This document shows, piece by piece, positions 1-7,753 of a DNA stretch of 64,000 bases (positions are counted from its first letter, which is position 1; each line of letters begins with the position of its first letter). Source of the stretch: Rhodothermales bacterium (GTDB lineage: Bacteria; Bacteroidota; Rhodothermia; Rhodothermales; Bin80); assembly GCA_963665975.1 (NCBI GenBank), contig OY762508.1, positions 916,585 to 980,584 of the forward strand. Reading direction: 5' to 3'. The position numbers and the translations under genes are program-made. The notes under the pieces are model-generated. The model had not been told where the DNA came from and searched no databases. It worked only from the letters and a program-made list of their open reading frames with translations.

Positions 1-385
1 GCCAATGTTTCGACGAGCCTTCAAGCATCGCAGATGCGTGTTTCCGGTTACTGCCTACTATGAGTGGCTACCACAGCCGGGAAGACCTAAGCAGCCATAC
101 TGTATCCGCCCGCAGGCAGAAGAACAGCTCCTGTTGGCGGGCATTTACGAAAACGGTCGCTGCGCCATCCTTACGCGAGCAGCCCGCGAGGATTTCGCCT
201 TCATTCATGATCGCATGCCGGTGGCGCTTCCACAAGACCTCGTCGACTTGTACCTCACCGCTGAACAACCATCCTTCGTATTCGAAGCTGCGGAAGATCT
301 GGCCCTGCATGCTTATCCCGTTACGAGACTCGTCGGCAATCCTCGCTTTAACGACCCGTCCTGCCTGGAGCCGCTGTCGTCTTGA
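1..385 (+). CDS. SOS response-associated peptidase (SRAP/DUF159, YedK-like), C-terminal part; the gene runs off the 5' edge of the window
   Basis: Open frame from the window edge to the stop at 385. The block VTAYYEW...PYCIRP...LLLAGIYE...ILT...IHDRMPV matches the conserved core and C-terminal half of SRAP proteins as I remember them. Confidence 0.8.
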   Translation, partial: PMFRRAFKHRRCVFPVTAYYEWLPQPGRPKQPYCIRPQAEEQLLLAGIYENGRCAILTRAAREDFAFIHDRMPVALPQDLVDLYLTAEQPSFVFEAAEDLALHAYPVTRLVGNPRFNDPSCLEPLSS

Positions 386-928
386 CCTACACATGGCCTG
401 ATGCCCGAGCTCTTGGGTGAGGTGACCAGCATGTTACTAAGATACGCGGTAGTCAGGGTAATTCAGATGCACCCATTGCAACGATTCTGACAAGAAATGC
501 TATTCCAGATCTTAGTAGGAGACCCAAACCGGAACGCGCCCAACGGTTACAGCGGCGTACGCCTGCGTCTATGGAAGCGTCCGACGGGCAACAGATAGCC
601 CAAGACTAAATAGAAAGTACGTGTCCCTTGCCCAACCAGTGTCCTCTGAAATGCGAGACAGCAACGATGCGACCTCCATTAACGGCCGAAATCTGTCACG
701 TCCGGAATACGACTACCGGAATGCTGGCTGATGCTACGTGCTACGACACAAGCGGGGATTCGACCCATGTTTGCACCGCTTCAGACGCAGAATATTCGCA
801 AATCATCGCTGGCCTCGCACAACACCGAAATAGGCCCTCTGATCCTGTAGATGCTGGGCCAGCAAAATTCGTGGAACCGTAATTATCTTAACTCATTCTC
901 CAAGCTGCATTACAAAAAGAGTCGGTTC

Positions 929-1327
929 ATGTCAGATTTGATCATTGTCGGCGATCGAGTATTGATCGATCCTGAAGAAGGGGAGCAGCATACAGATTCC
1001 GGCCTGGTGCTGCCAGCGTCTGTGGCCGAACGTGATCGTGTGGGAAGTGGGACTGTGGTTCGCGTGGGCCCGGGTCACCTGATTCCGAATCCCGAGTATA
1101 CTGAAGGCGAGCCATGGACAGGACCCAAGGAAGCGGTACGATATCTACCCCTACAGGCACAGAATGGCGACTTTGCGTTCTTTCTGCGAGATGAAGCCAT
1201 CGAGTTAACCTACGAGGGCAAGAAATATCTCATCGTTTCCGATAACGCCATCCTTGCGCTGATTAGGCCGGGCTCCAATGATATCCTCGACGACATTGAA
1301 GACATTCTCAATGCGGAGAATGAGTAG
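929..1327 (+). CDS. GroES/Cpn10-family co-chaperone-like protein, long 132-aa variant
   Basis: ATG at 929 inside ORF 851..1327. IVGDRVLIDPEE...SGLVLP...VGSGTVVRVGPG is a Cpn10 mobile-loop/beta-barrel signature. It carries roughly 35 extra residues relative to typical ~95-aa GroES, and there is no groEL beside it. Confidence 0.7.
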   Translation: MSDLIIVGDRVLIDPEEGEQHTDSGLVLPASVAERDRVGSGTVVRVGPGHLIPNPEYTEGEPWTGPKEAVRYLPLQAQNGDFAFFLRDEAIELTYEGKKYLIVSDNAILALIRPGSNDILDDIEDILNAENE

Positions 1328-2828
1328 GATCTGCCGCTCTGTTACGTAGCCAGTCCCTCACTGCCGGTTTCTTGATCTTCCCCATCACATTCCGCGGCAG
1401 TGCTTCGAAACACTCCAGGCGCGTCGGCGCCTTGTACGAAGCCAGTCGCTTCTTGGCCCAACTTCGAAGGTCCCGTAGCGAGAGCGTCGTCCCGGAATTC
1501 AGGACAACTGCCGCAGCGACCCGCTCTCCCCATTCCGCGTCCTCAAGGCCAACCACGGCACAGGCAGCGATTGCCGGGTGCAAACGTAGCACTTCTTCTA
1601 CTTCGAGTGCAGAAACTTTGTACCCCCCGGTCTTGACGATGTCGACGGACATTCTCCCAAGAATCCGGTAGTAGCCCTGGTCTCTCGCAGCAATATCACC
1701 GGTGCGGAACCAGTCCCCTTCGAAACTCGCTCGCGTATCTGCCGGACGATTCCAATATTCGCGAAACACGTTTGCGCCGCTGACATGCAACTCTCCCGGC
1801 ACTCCATCGGTAGCGATAAGGCTCCCCGCATCGTCAACAAGCCGTACGGATACGTTTGGCACGGGGCACCCCACAAAGCCGGGGCGCCGGTCCCCCTCAA
1901 GGGGATTCGAGAGCACAAGACCGATTTCGGTCATTCCGTATCGCTCAAGAATCCGGTGGCCGGTTATTTCCCGCCAACGATCAAATATGCTGACTGGCAG
2001 TGCCGCTGACCCCGATATCATGAGGCGCATTCGACGGACCCCTGCCGCCCATTGCTCCTTTTCAGAGACTGATCCCTCCTCCCATACCTGAAGAAGCCGA
2101 GCGTACATCGTGGGTACCGCCATAAGCAACGTGGAGCCTGCCATTTGCCGCCAGACCTCCCGAGCATCAAACCCAGCCAGACACACAATTTTCGCCCCCG
2201 CCCACAGGGGTGTAAGAAGCGCCGCGATAATGCCGTGCGTGTGGTGAAGAGGCAGGACATGCAGCAAGATGTCGTCCGCGCAAACACCCCATGTCTCTAC
2301 CAGCGGCGTCACCATTGCCGTGATGTTGTTGTGGGTGGTTACGACACCCTTTGGCCGACTCGTCGTGCCGCTGGTATACAGGATCATCGCCGAACGCTCT
2401 GGCGCTATGACAGGCAAGTCCTGCGTCGCCGTCTGCATCGCCCGATTGATCCGCACCACGTACAGATTGTGCTGCAATGCGACTCCGGTCAAACGCTGCT
2501 CCATTGCCGGATGGACAAGCAGGTGTGTGGGTTCGGAATCAGCGAACACGCGCGCGATTTCCGGAATTGGATGTGAGCGACACAGGGGCACGGCCATGCC
2601 ACCGGAGAGCCATATCCCCCACAAGGCGGTGAGGTACGGTAATCCCGGCGGCGCCATGAAGGCCACGCAAGCCCCTTCGAGATCTAACCTTCCGCCTAAC
2701 AGGCGCGACGCCACGGCCTGTGCACCGTGGAGCACATCCGCATACGTGTGGTTTCCGGTTTCGTCTTGCAGTGCGGGCCGGTCGCCATGAACAACCGCCT
2801 GAGCTATAATGGGTATGGAGTTGCGCAT
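1308..2828 (-). CDS. AMP-dependent synthetase/ligase (acyl-CoA synthetase family)
   Basis: AMP-binding motifs ILYTSGTTSRPKGV, YGMTE, WFRTGD and KTGGYKVS. I chose the internal ATG at 2828 (MRNSIPI...) because the 64 upstream codons look non-coding and would overlap the divergent gene. Confidence 0.85.
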   Translation of the reverse strand: MRNSIPIIAQAVVHGDRPALQDETGNHTYADVLHGAQAVASRLLGGRLDLEGACVAFMAPPGLPYLTALWGIWLSGGMAVPLCRSHPIPEIARVFADSEPTHLLVHPAMEQRLTGVALQHNLYVVRINRAMQTATQDLPVIAPERSAMILYTSGTTSRPKGVVTTHNNITAMVTPLVETWGVCADDILLHVLPLHHTHGIIAALLTPLWAGAKIVCLAGFDAREVWRQMAGSTLLMAVPTMYARLLQVWEEGSVSEKEQWAAGVRRMRLMISGSAALPVSIFDRWREITGHRILERYGMTEIGLVLSNPLEGDRRPGFVGCPVPNVSVRLVDDAGSLIATDGVPGELHVSGANVFREYWNRPADTRASFEGDWFRTGDIAARDQGYYRILGRMSVDIVKTGGYKVSALEVEEVLRLHPAIAACAVVGLEDAEWGERVAAAVVLNSGTTLSLRDLRSWAKKRLASYKAPTRLECFEALPRNVMGKIKKPAVRDWLRNRAADPTHSPH

Positions 2829-3018
2829 GCCTTGGTCAGCGCACGAATAAAGAGGCTCTTGCTCCTTGCCAGAAATTGCGATCGTTAATAGTGTACTCAA
2901 TAATTGGACGGTATATTGAGGTTGAAGTCTGCAATTTGACCATCGAACGACCCTAGCCAACAGAGCCTCGTTGCACAAACGCATTCGCTTGATCCACAAG
3001 TACTGCACTCCCGAACTC

Positions 3019-3534
3019 ATGCAATGGATTCCGCCCAGCCTGATCGGCCTCCTACTGCTGGTGATCCCCGTGCATGCCCAATCTTTTGCGTCGAGAATCG
3101 GAGTGGGTGTCAGAGTATCGGGAGTCGACGGAGTATATCTTGGCGCCCGTTACGGTACACTTGAGATCCTTGTATCCCGGGGGACCCTGCGGGACGACGG
3201 TGTCACATACCATGAGCTCCGCATTGGCGGCCAGCCTCATTTCTATCTATGGAGACGAGACAGGTTCAAGGTTTATGCTTTTGGACGCCTCGTGTTAGGA
3301 TTCAACATAGGAGACAATAGATCGATCGAGCTGGGCTGGATTCCCATAATTTCGGGGACCCTCATCGCGGGCGCTGGCGTGGAGCTGCCTTTGCACAGGC
3401 GGACGCAACCACGAGGCCTTGTCATGTCTCTGGATGTGGGAAGCGGAATATATCGGGATCCGGGAGGAGTTCTGATTGTGGACTTGATTTCGTGGCCTCA
3501 GTTCGGAGTAGGACTTCATTATTACTTCTATTAA
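3019..3534 (+). CDS. hypothetical outer-membrane beta-barrel-like protein
   Basis: Signal peptide (LLLLVIPVHAQS), alternating hydrophobic beta-strand pattern and an aromatic C-terminus (HYYFY). I recognise no family. Confidence 0.55.
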   Translation: MQWIPPSLIGLLLLVIPVHAQSFASRIGVGVRVSGVDGVYLGARYGTLEILVSRGTLRDDGVTYHELRIGGQPHFYLWRRDRFKVYAFGRLVLGFNIGDNRSIELGWIPIISGTLIAGAGVELPLHRRTQPRGLVMSLDVGSGIYRDPGGVLIVDLISWPQFGVGLHYYFY

Positions 3535-3804
3535 GTGACCGGTGCGTTCCTTCCAGGATCATCCATATGACAACGCACACGCTCATGTATAATCGGCTGC
3601 AAGCGACCGTAATTCTGAACGCAATAATGCTAAATGGAAGTCGTCCATAGCGTCGGATGAGCAGCACGACCGGATTCCTGTACTTAAGCAAACCTATAAT
3701 TCCCTACGTTGCACACCCGCCGCCAAGCCACTTCCTGTGCCCGCAAAAAATATTTCTCACAAAGATTATGCGCCTGAATACAATCCATCACATCCTATTC
3801 CCCG

Positions 3805-3878
3805 TGGCGTGGGAGAGACTCGAACTCTCGACCTTGCGATTATGAGTCGCACGCTCTAACCGACTGAGCTACCACGCC
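3805..3878 (-). tRNA. tRNA-Met (anticodon CAU), elongator-type; a lysidine-modified Ile2 cannot be excluded
   Basis: Reverse complement reads GGCGTGGTAGCTCAGTCGGTTAGAGCGTGCGACTCATAATCGCAAGGTCGAGAGTTCGAGTCTCTCCCACGCCA. It has a 7-bp acceptor stem, a CTCATAA anticodon loop and a GTTCGAG T-loop. CCA is not encoded. Confidence 0.93.
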
Positions 3879-4009
3879 GAAGCACGCAAGATACGATGCT
3901 CCTGTCAAAAAGTGCCGACGGAACGCTGCAACGTCCTTCCCATCGCACGGCAACAGATTGACCAAAACGTGGTATGACGACCGAAGGATAAGCCACGATC
4001 CACCCGTTC

Positions 4010-4990
4010 ATGCCCTGGAACGAAATACTTGATCAGTCTGACGTTATCAGTATCCTGCGGGGTGTGGTGGCCACGCAGCGCATCGCACATGCATACCTGT
4101 TCCACGGCCCACCTGGCGTCGGCAAGCGAGCCGTTGCCCTGGAATTCGCGCGAACGCTGCAATGCGAAACGGAGGCGGACGAAGCTTGTGGAACCTGCCG
4201 TCCATGTGACAAGGTCAAACGGCTCATTCATCCCGACGTTCAAGTCCTGTTACCACAGCCCAGCGATGCTTCCCTGGAAGATGTTCAAGCCCGCCTGCAG
4301 CGCCTTGCCGAGCAACCGTACGCCGTTGTCGACTTTGTGCGAAGACCCTCCCTGAATGATCCGGGAGTCGCTTCAAACAAGCAAGCCTTCTACCATGTCG
4401 CACGGATCAAGGAAGAGTTGTGGCCATCCCTGCACTATAACCCGGTAGAAGGCCGCTACCAGATAGTCATCATGATTGATGCCGACCTCCTGCGAGTCGA
4501 GGCGGCAAACGCGTTTCTGAAGCTTCTCGAAGAGCCTGGCCCGCGGACAATCTTCATCCTCACCTCCAATCGGCCAGACCTGATGCTGCCGACAATCCTG
4601 TCCCGCTGCCAACGGGTAGGATTCACCATGCTGGAACTCGAGAGTATCGAGCATGCCCTGCGCGAACAGGTTGGCGTAGAAGCTTCGCGTGCGGCTATTC
4701 TGGCGCGCATGGCGGGCGGCTCATTCTCGCGCGCCCGCGAGCTCGCTGAAAACGAAGACCTCATGGGCGACCGAGCACTACTGGTTGACTTTCTACGGCA
4801 GTCGTATGTCATGAATATCGGCAAGCAGGCCGATCTCATTGAGCAAGTTTCCCGCATGGGCACCGAGCGTGTCCGTGGCATTTTGGGCCTTATGATTAAC
4901 TGGCTTCGTGACCTGATGCTCTACCGCATCATGGGCCAGGAAGCGCAGCTAATCAATGTAGACCAGACCAGACTGTGTCACGATTTGTAG
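4010..4990 (+). CDS. holB: DNA polymerase III subunit delta' (clamp loader), apparently truncated by a frame change near 4960-4990
   Basis: AHAYLFHGPPGVGKR P-loop-like motif, CGTCRPC zinc module, and SRC-type motif TILSRCQ. The reading frame stops at 4990, but the expected C-terminal domain continues in another frame (next feature). Confidence 0.85.
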   Translation: MPWNEILDQSDVISILRGVVATQRIAHAYLFHGPPGVGKRAVALEFARTLQCETEADEACGTCRPCDKVKRLIHPDVQVLLPQPSDASLEDVQARLQRLAEQPYAVVDFVRRPSLNDPGVASNKQAFYHVARIKEELWPSLHYNPVEGRYQIVIMIDADLLRVEAANAFLKLLEEPGPRTIFILTSNRPDLMLPTILSRCQRVGFTMLELESIEHALREQVGVEASRAAILARMAGGSFSRARELAENEDLMGDRALLVDFLRQSYVMNIGKQADLIEQVSRMGTERVRGILGLMINWLRDLMLYRIMGQEAQLINVDQTRLCHDL

Positions 4991-5163
4991 GAAACCTGCC
5001 CAATGCCGATGTGGATGCGATGGTCAGCCTCGTAGAAGACGCGCTTCGTCTTGTCGAATCGAATGTAAATATACGCCTTGTGCTGACGGCGCTGTCACAA
5101 TCGCTGGGACATGCCATGCGGGCGCCGCACAGCGGAGAACTGTATGTTTCGCTGGCCAGTTGA
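4975..5163 (+). pseudogene. holB: out-of-frame continuation of holB (C-terminal helical domain segment)
   Basis: ORF 4975..5163 translates as ...RFVGNLPNADVDAMVSLVEDALRLVESNVNIRLVLTALSQSLG. This reads like the last helices of delta' subunits. It is shifted by one nucleotide backwards relative to 4010..4990. Confidence 0.5.
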
Positions 5164-5256
5164 TGAAGCCTCATTTTCTCTAACGACACATGTGAACGAT
5201 TGGACAGTTTGGCCGTTATCCTGTACGCATTGGCATAACCAGACAGGACTGGTGTA

Positions 5257-6264
5257 ATGGGCTGTGGATCATGCGCGACCGGAGGCGGGGGATGCAATTG
5301 CAGTATCTCCTGTGGCAGTGGCGGCTGCCCAGCCGTGCAAGTCCATGATTGGCTTCCCACATCAACCTATGGCTCAACGCCTGGAGCGAAAACACTCGTA
5401 GAAGTAGCCTTCAAAGGCCGGCGTACAGAGACCTTCCGCAATTCACGGGATCTGCCCGTGCACACGGGAGACTACGTCGTCGTCGGCGCAGATCGCGGCG
5501 TTGATTTTGGTCATGTAACGATGACGGGCGAACTCGTGCGGCTTCGCAATTCCAGCAAGGAAAAATCCAGGGATTGGGCCAGTGTGATTCGCATCGCCAA
5601 CCTGAAGGACATCGAACGATATGAGGCCAATCGGGAATCCGAAGCGAAAGCCCTCCAGACAGGTCGACAGGCAGTCTCTCGCCTCAAGCTCCAAATGAAG
5701 ATGGTCGACGCTGAGTGGCAGTTTGACCGCAAACGCATCACGTTCTTTTTTACCGCCGACAATCGTGTGGACTTTCGGCAACTCGTCCGCGATCTCGCGC
5801 GCACGTACCATACGCGTGTGGACCTCCGACAATTGGGAGCGCGCGACGAGACTGCACGGATTGGCGGTATTGGCGTATGCGGTCGCGAGCTGTGCTGTTC
5901 AACGTGGATACAGAATTTCAAGCGCGTCTCCACGAACGCGGCAAAAGCGCAGAATCTCCCGCTCAATCCGGTCAGGCTGACCGGCCGATGCGGACGGCTC
6001 AAGTGCTGCCTGAACTATGAATTGGAACAGTACATGACCGCACTCAAGGCCTTCCCACGTGTGAATGCCACCGTACAGACCACACGCGGAAGTGGCAAAG
6101 TGCAAAAGCTCGACATCTTCAAGAACCTGGTCTCCGTTCGATACACCGACGGGACCTGGCAAGAAGAACCGCTGGAAACTGTACAAGTCATTCCCAAGGG
6201 CAAAAGTGATCCAGCCAGAAAGAAAAAGGTTAACCGAGGTCACGGCAAGAAGAAACGACAATAG
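5257..6264 (+). CDS. ricT: PSP1 domain protein (YaaT/RicT-like)
   Basis: Cys/Gly-rich N-terminus (MGCGSCATGGGGCNC...) and a PSP1 C-terminal domain (...DETARIGGIGVCGRELCCSTW...GRCGRLKCCLNYE). It sits immediately after holB, as yaaT does in Bacillus. Confidence 0.85.
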   Translation: MGCGSCATGGGGCNCSISCGSGGCPAVQVHDWLPTSTYGSTPGAKTLVEVAFKGRRTETFRNSRDLPVHTGDYVVVGADRGVDFGHVTMTGELVRLRNSSKEKSRDWASVIRIANLKDIERYEANRESEAKALQTGRQAVSRLKLQMKMVDAEWQFDRKRITFFFTADNRVDFRQLVRDLARTYHTRVDLRQLGARDETARIGGIGVCGRELCCSTWIQNFKRVSTNAAKAQNLPLNPVRLTGRCGRLKCCLNYELEQYMTALKAFPRVNATVQTTRGSGKVQKLDIFKNLVSVRYTDGTWQEEPLETVQVIPKGKSDPARKKKVNRGHGKKKRQ

Positions 6265-6337
6265 ATAGCGAGACTCCAGGGGTCCGCGACCCCGACCGAT
6301 GGCATCTGCCCGCGAAGCGCATCGCACCTGTTCCGGC

Positions 6338-7753
6338 ATGGCGGAATCAAAAGATCTGGCACTACGGTCGGCTTCCAACCTGCAGCAAATGCTGCTCAAG
6401 GGTGACGTGTCTCCTACTGACGTGGCCAAGGCATGCCTGGAGCGCATTGAGTCCTACAACGGTGCGCTGAATGCCATCGTGACACGGAATGAGCGCATGC
6501 TGGAAGATGCGCGAGCCCTGGAAAACAGCACGCGCCCGAGAGGACCGTTGTATGGGATACCCGTTGGCATCAAGGATACTACGGATGTCGCCGGCATGCG
6601 CACGACGTACGGCTCCCCTCTGTTTGCCAATCACGTGCCTCAGAAGGATGCGCTCGTCGTCCAGCGCCTGCGCGCAGCTGGCGCAGTGATCGTGGGCAAG
6701 ACTAATACACCCGAGTTCGCCCTGGGTGGCGCAACGACAAATGCCGTCTTTGGACCCACACGCAACCCATGGGACTTGCGGCGTACACCAGGCGGGTCGA
6801 CAGGCGGTGGAGCCGCAGCCGTAGCCTCCGGCATGATCGCACTCGCAGAGGGCACAGATCTAGGCGGATCCCTGCGCATGCCTGCCTCCTTCTGCGGCAT
6901 CGTCGGCCTACGGCCGTCTCCGGGACTCGTGCCTCTGGTCCCAACGCCCCACCGTTGGGGGCGGCTGTCCGTCGCCGGTCCCATCGCACGCACGACGGAC
7001 GATCTGGCACTCTTTCTGCGCGCCACGAGTGGACCCACGGTGGAGAGTCCCCTCGGGCTACCCGTTGCCCACCCCTCGTTTTTTCAGAGCGTTCCAGCCG
7101 GTCTCCGGCTGGCCTACTGTCCGGATGTCGCGCAGATCGGCATCCAGGAAGATATACTGGCAGTCTGCCAGAGAGCGACCGACTTGCTCGCACACGCTGT
7201 GGGCGGCGTGGACACGCTGAACTTGGACCTCTCGGCTGGCCGCAAAGCATTTAGCACCTTGCGCGGGCAACACCTGCTTGCCGTGCATCTCCACCGGCTC
7301 GGGCGGATAGGAGACCTGGGCGCAAATCTGGGCGGCAACCTACAACACGGGCTACGGACTTCGGCGCGCGAACTGGCGGAGGCGGAACGCACTCGGAGCA
7401 TTATCTGGCGCCAGTTGCGGAATTTCTTTCAGCGGTACGAGTACCTCTTGACGCCTTGCATGGCCATCTCTCCGTTCCCTGTCGAACAAGACTATCCGAC
7501 GACGATAGCAGGAGCGCGGATGGAAACGTACTACGACTGGTTTGCCCCGACCTCCGTGCTTTCCCTTACTGGTTTGCCAATCTGCTGCGTGCCCTGCGGC
7601 CTGGATGCCTCCGGACTGCCCGTAGGCCTACAGGTTGTAGGACGCCCCTCCAATGAAGCCGGCGTACTGGCGATTAGCCGCGTACTGGAGCGTAACCTTC
7701 CTGTCGGCCTCCCCGATCTGGACAGGACCGTCGGCCAACACGCCTCGAGCTAG
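6338..7753 (+). CDS. amidase (amidase-signature family)
   Basis: GIPVGIKD, a Gly/Ser-rich amidase signature (GGSTGGGAAAVASG) and GTDLGGSLRMPASFCG. An alternative upstream ATG lies at 6299. Confidence 0.85.
   Translation: MAESKDLALRSASNLQQMLLKGDVSPTDVAKACLERIESYNGALNAIVTRNERMLEDARALENSTRPRGPLYGIPVGIKDTTDVAGMRTTYGSPLFANHVPQKDALVVQRLRAAGAVIVGKTNTPEFALGGATTNAVFGPTRNPWDLRRTPGGSTGGGAAAVASGMIALAEGTDLGGSLRMPASFCGIVGLRPSPGLVPLVPTPHRWGRLSVAGPIARTTDDLALFLRATSGPTVESPLGLPVAHPSFFQSVPAGLRLAYCPDVAQIGIQEDILAVCQRATDLLAHAVGGVDTLNLDLSAGRKAFSTLRGQHLLAVHLHRLGRIGDLGANLGGNLQHGLRTSARELAEAERTRSIIWRQLRNFFQRYEYLLTPCMAISPFPVEQDYPTTIAGARMETYYDWFAPTSVLSLTGLPICCVPCGLDASGLPVGLQVVGRPSNEAGVLAISRVLERNLPVGLPDLDRTVGQHASS

Noticed and set aside
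754-766. GGGGATTCGACCC, reminiscent of the conserved 5' region of tmRNA (GGGG...GGAUUCGAC).
   Set aside because: There is no matching acceptor 3' end (..TCCACCA) downstream. The region would run into the GroES-like CDS. The only nearby reading frame gives no ...ALAA-type tag.
628-882. 84-aa ORF in the gap upstream of the GroES-like gene.
   Set aside because: The composition (Thr/Cys/Asp/Pro-rich with no hydrophobic core pattern) does not look coding, and I recognised no family motif.
4955-4990. dnaX-style programmed -1 ribosomal frameshift in holB.
   Set aside because: There is no X_XXY_YYZ slippery heptamer and no obvious stimulatory stem-loop. An indel in the GACCAGACCAGAC repeat, real or an assembly artefact, is the simpler explanation.
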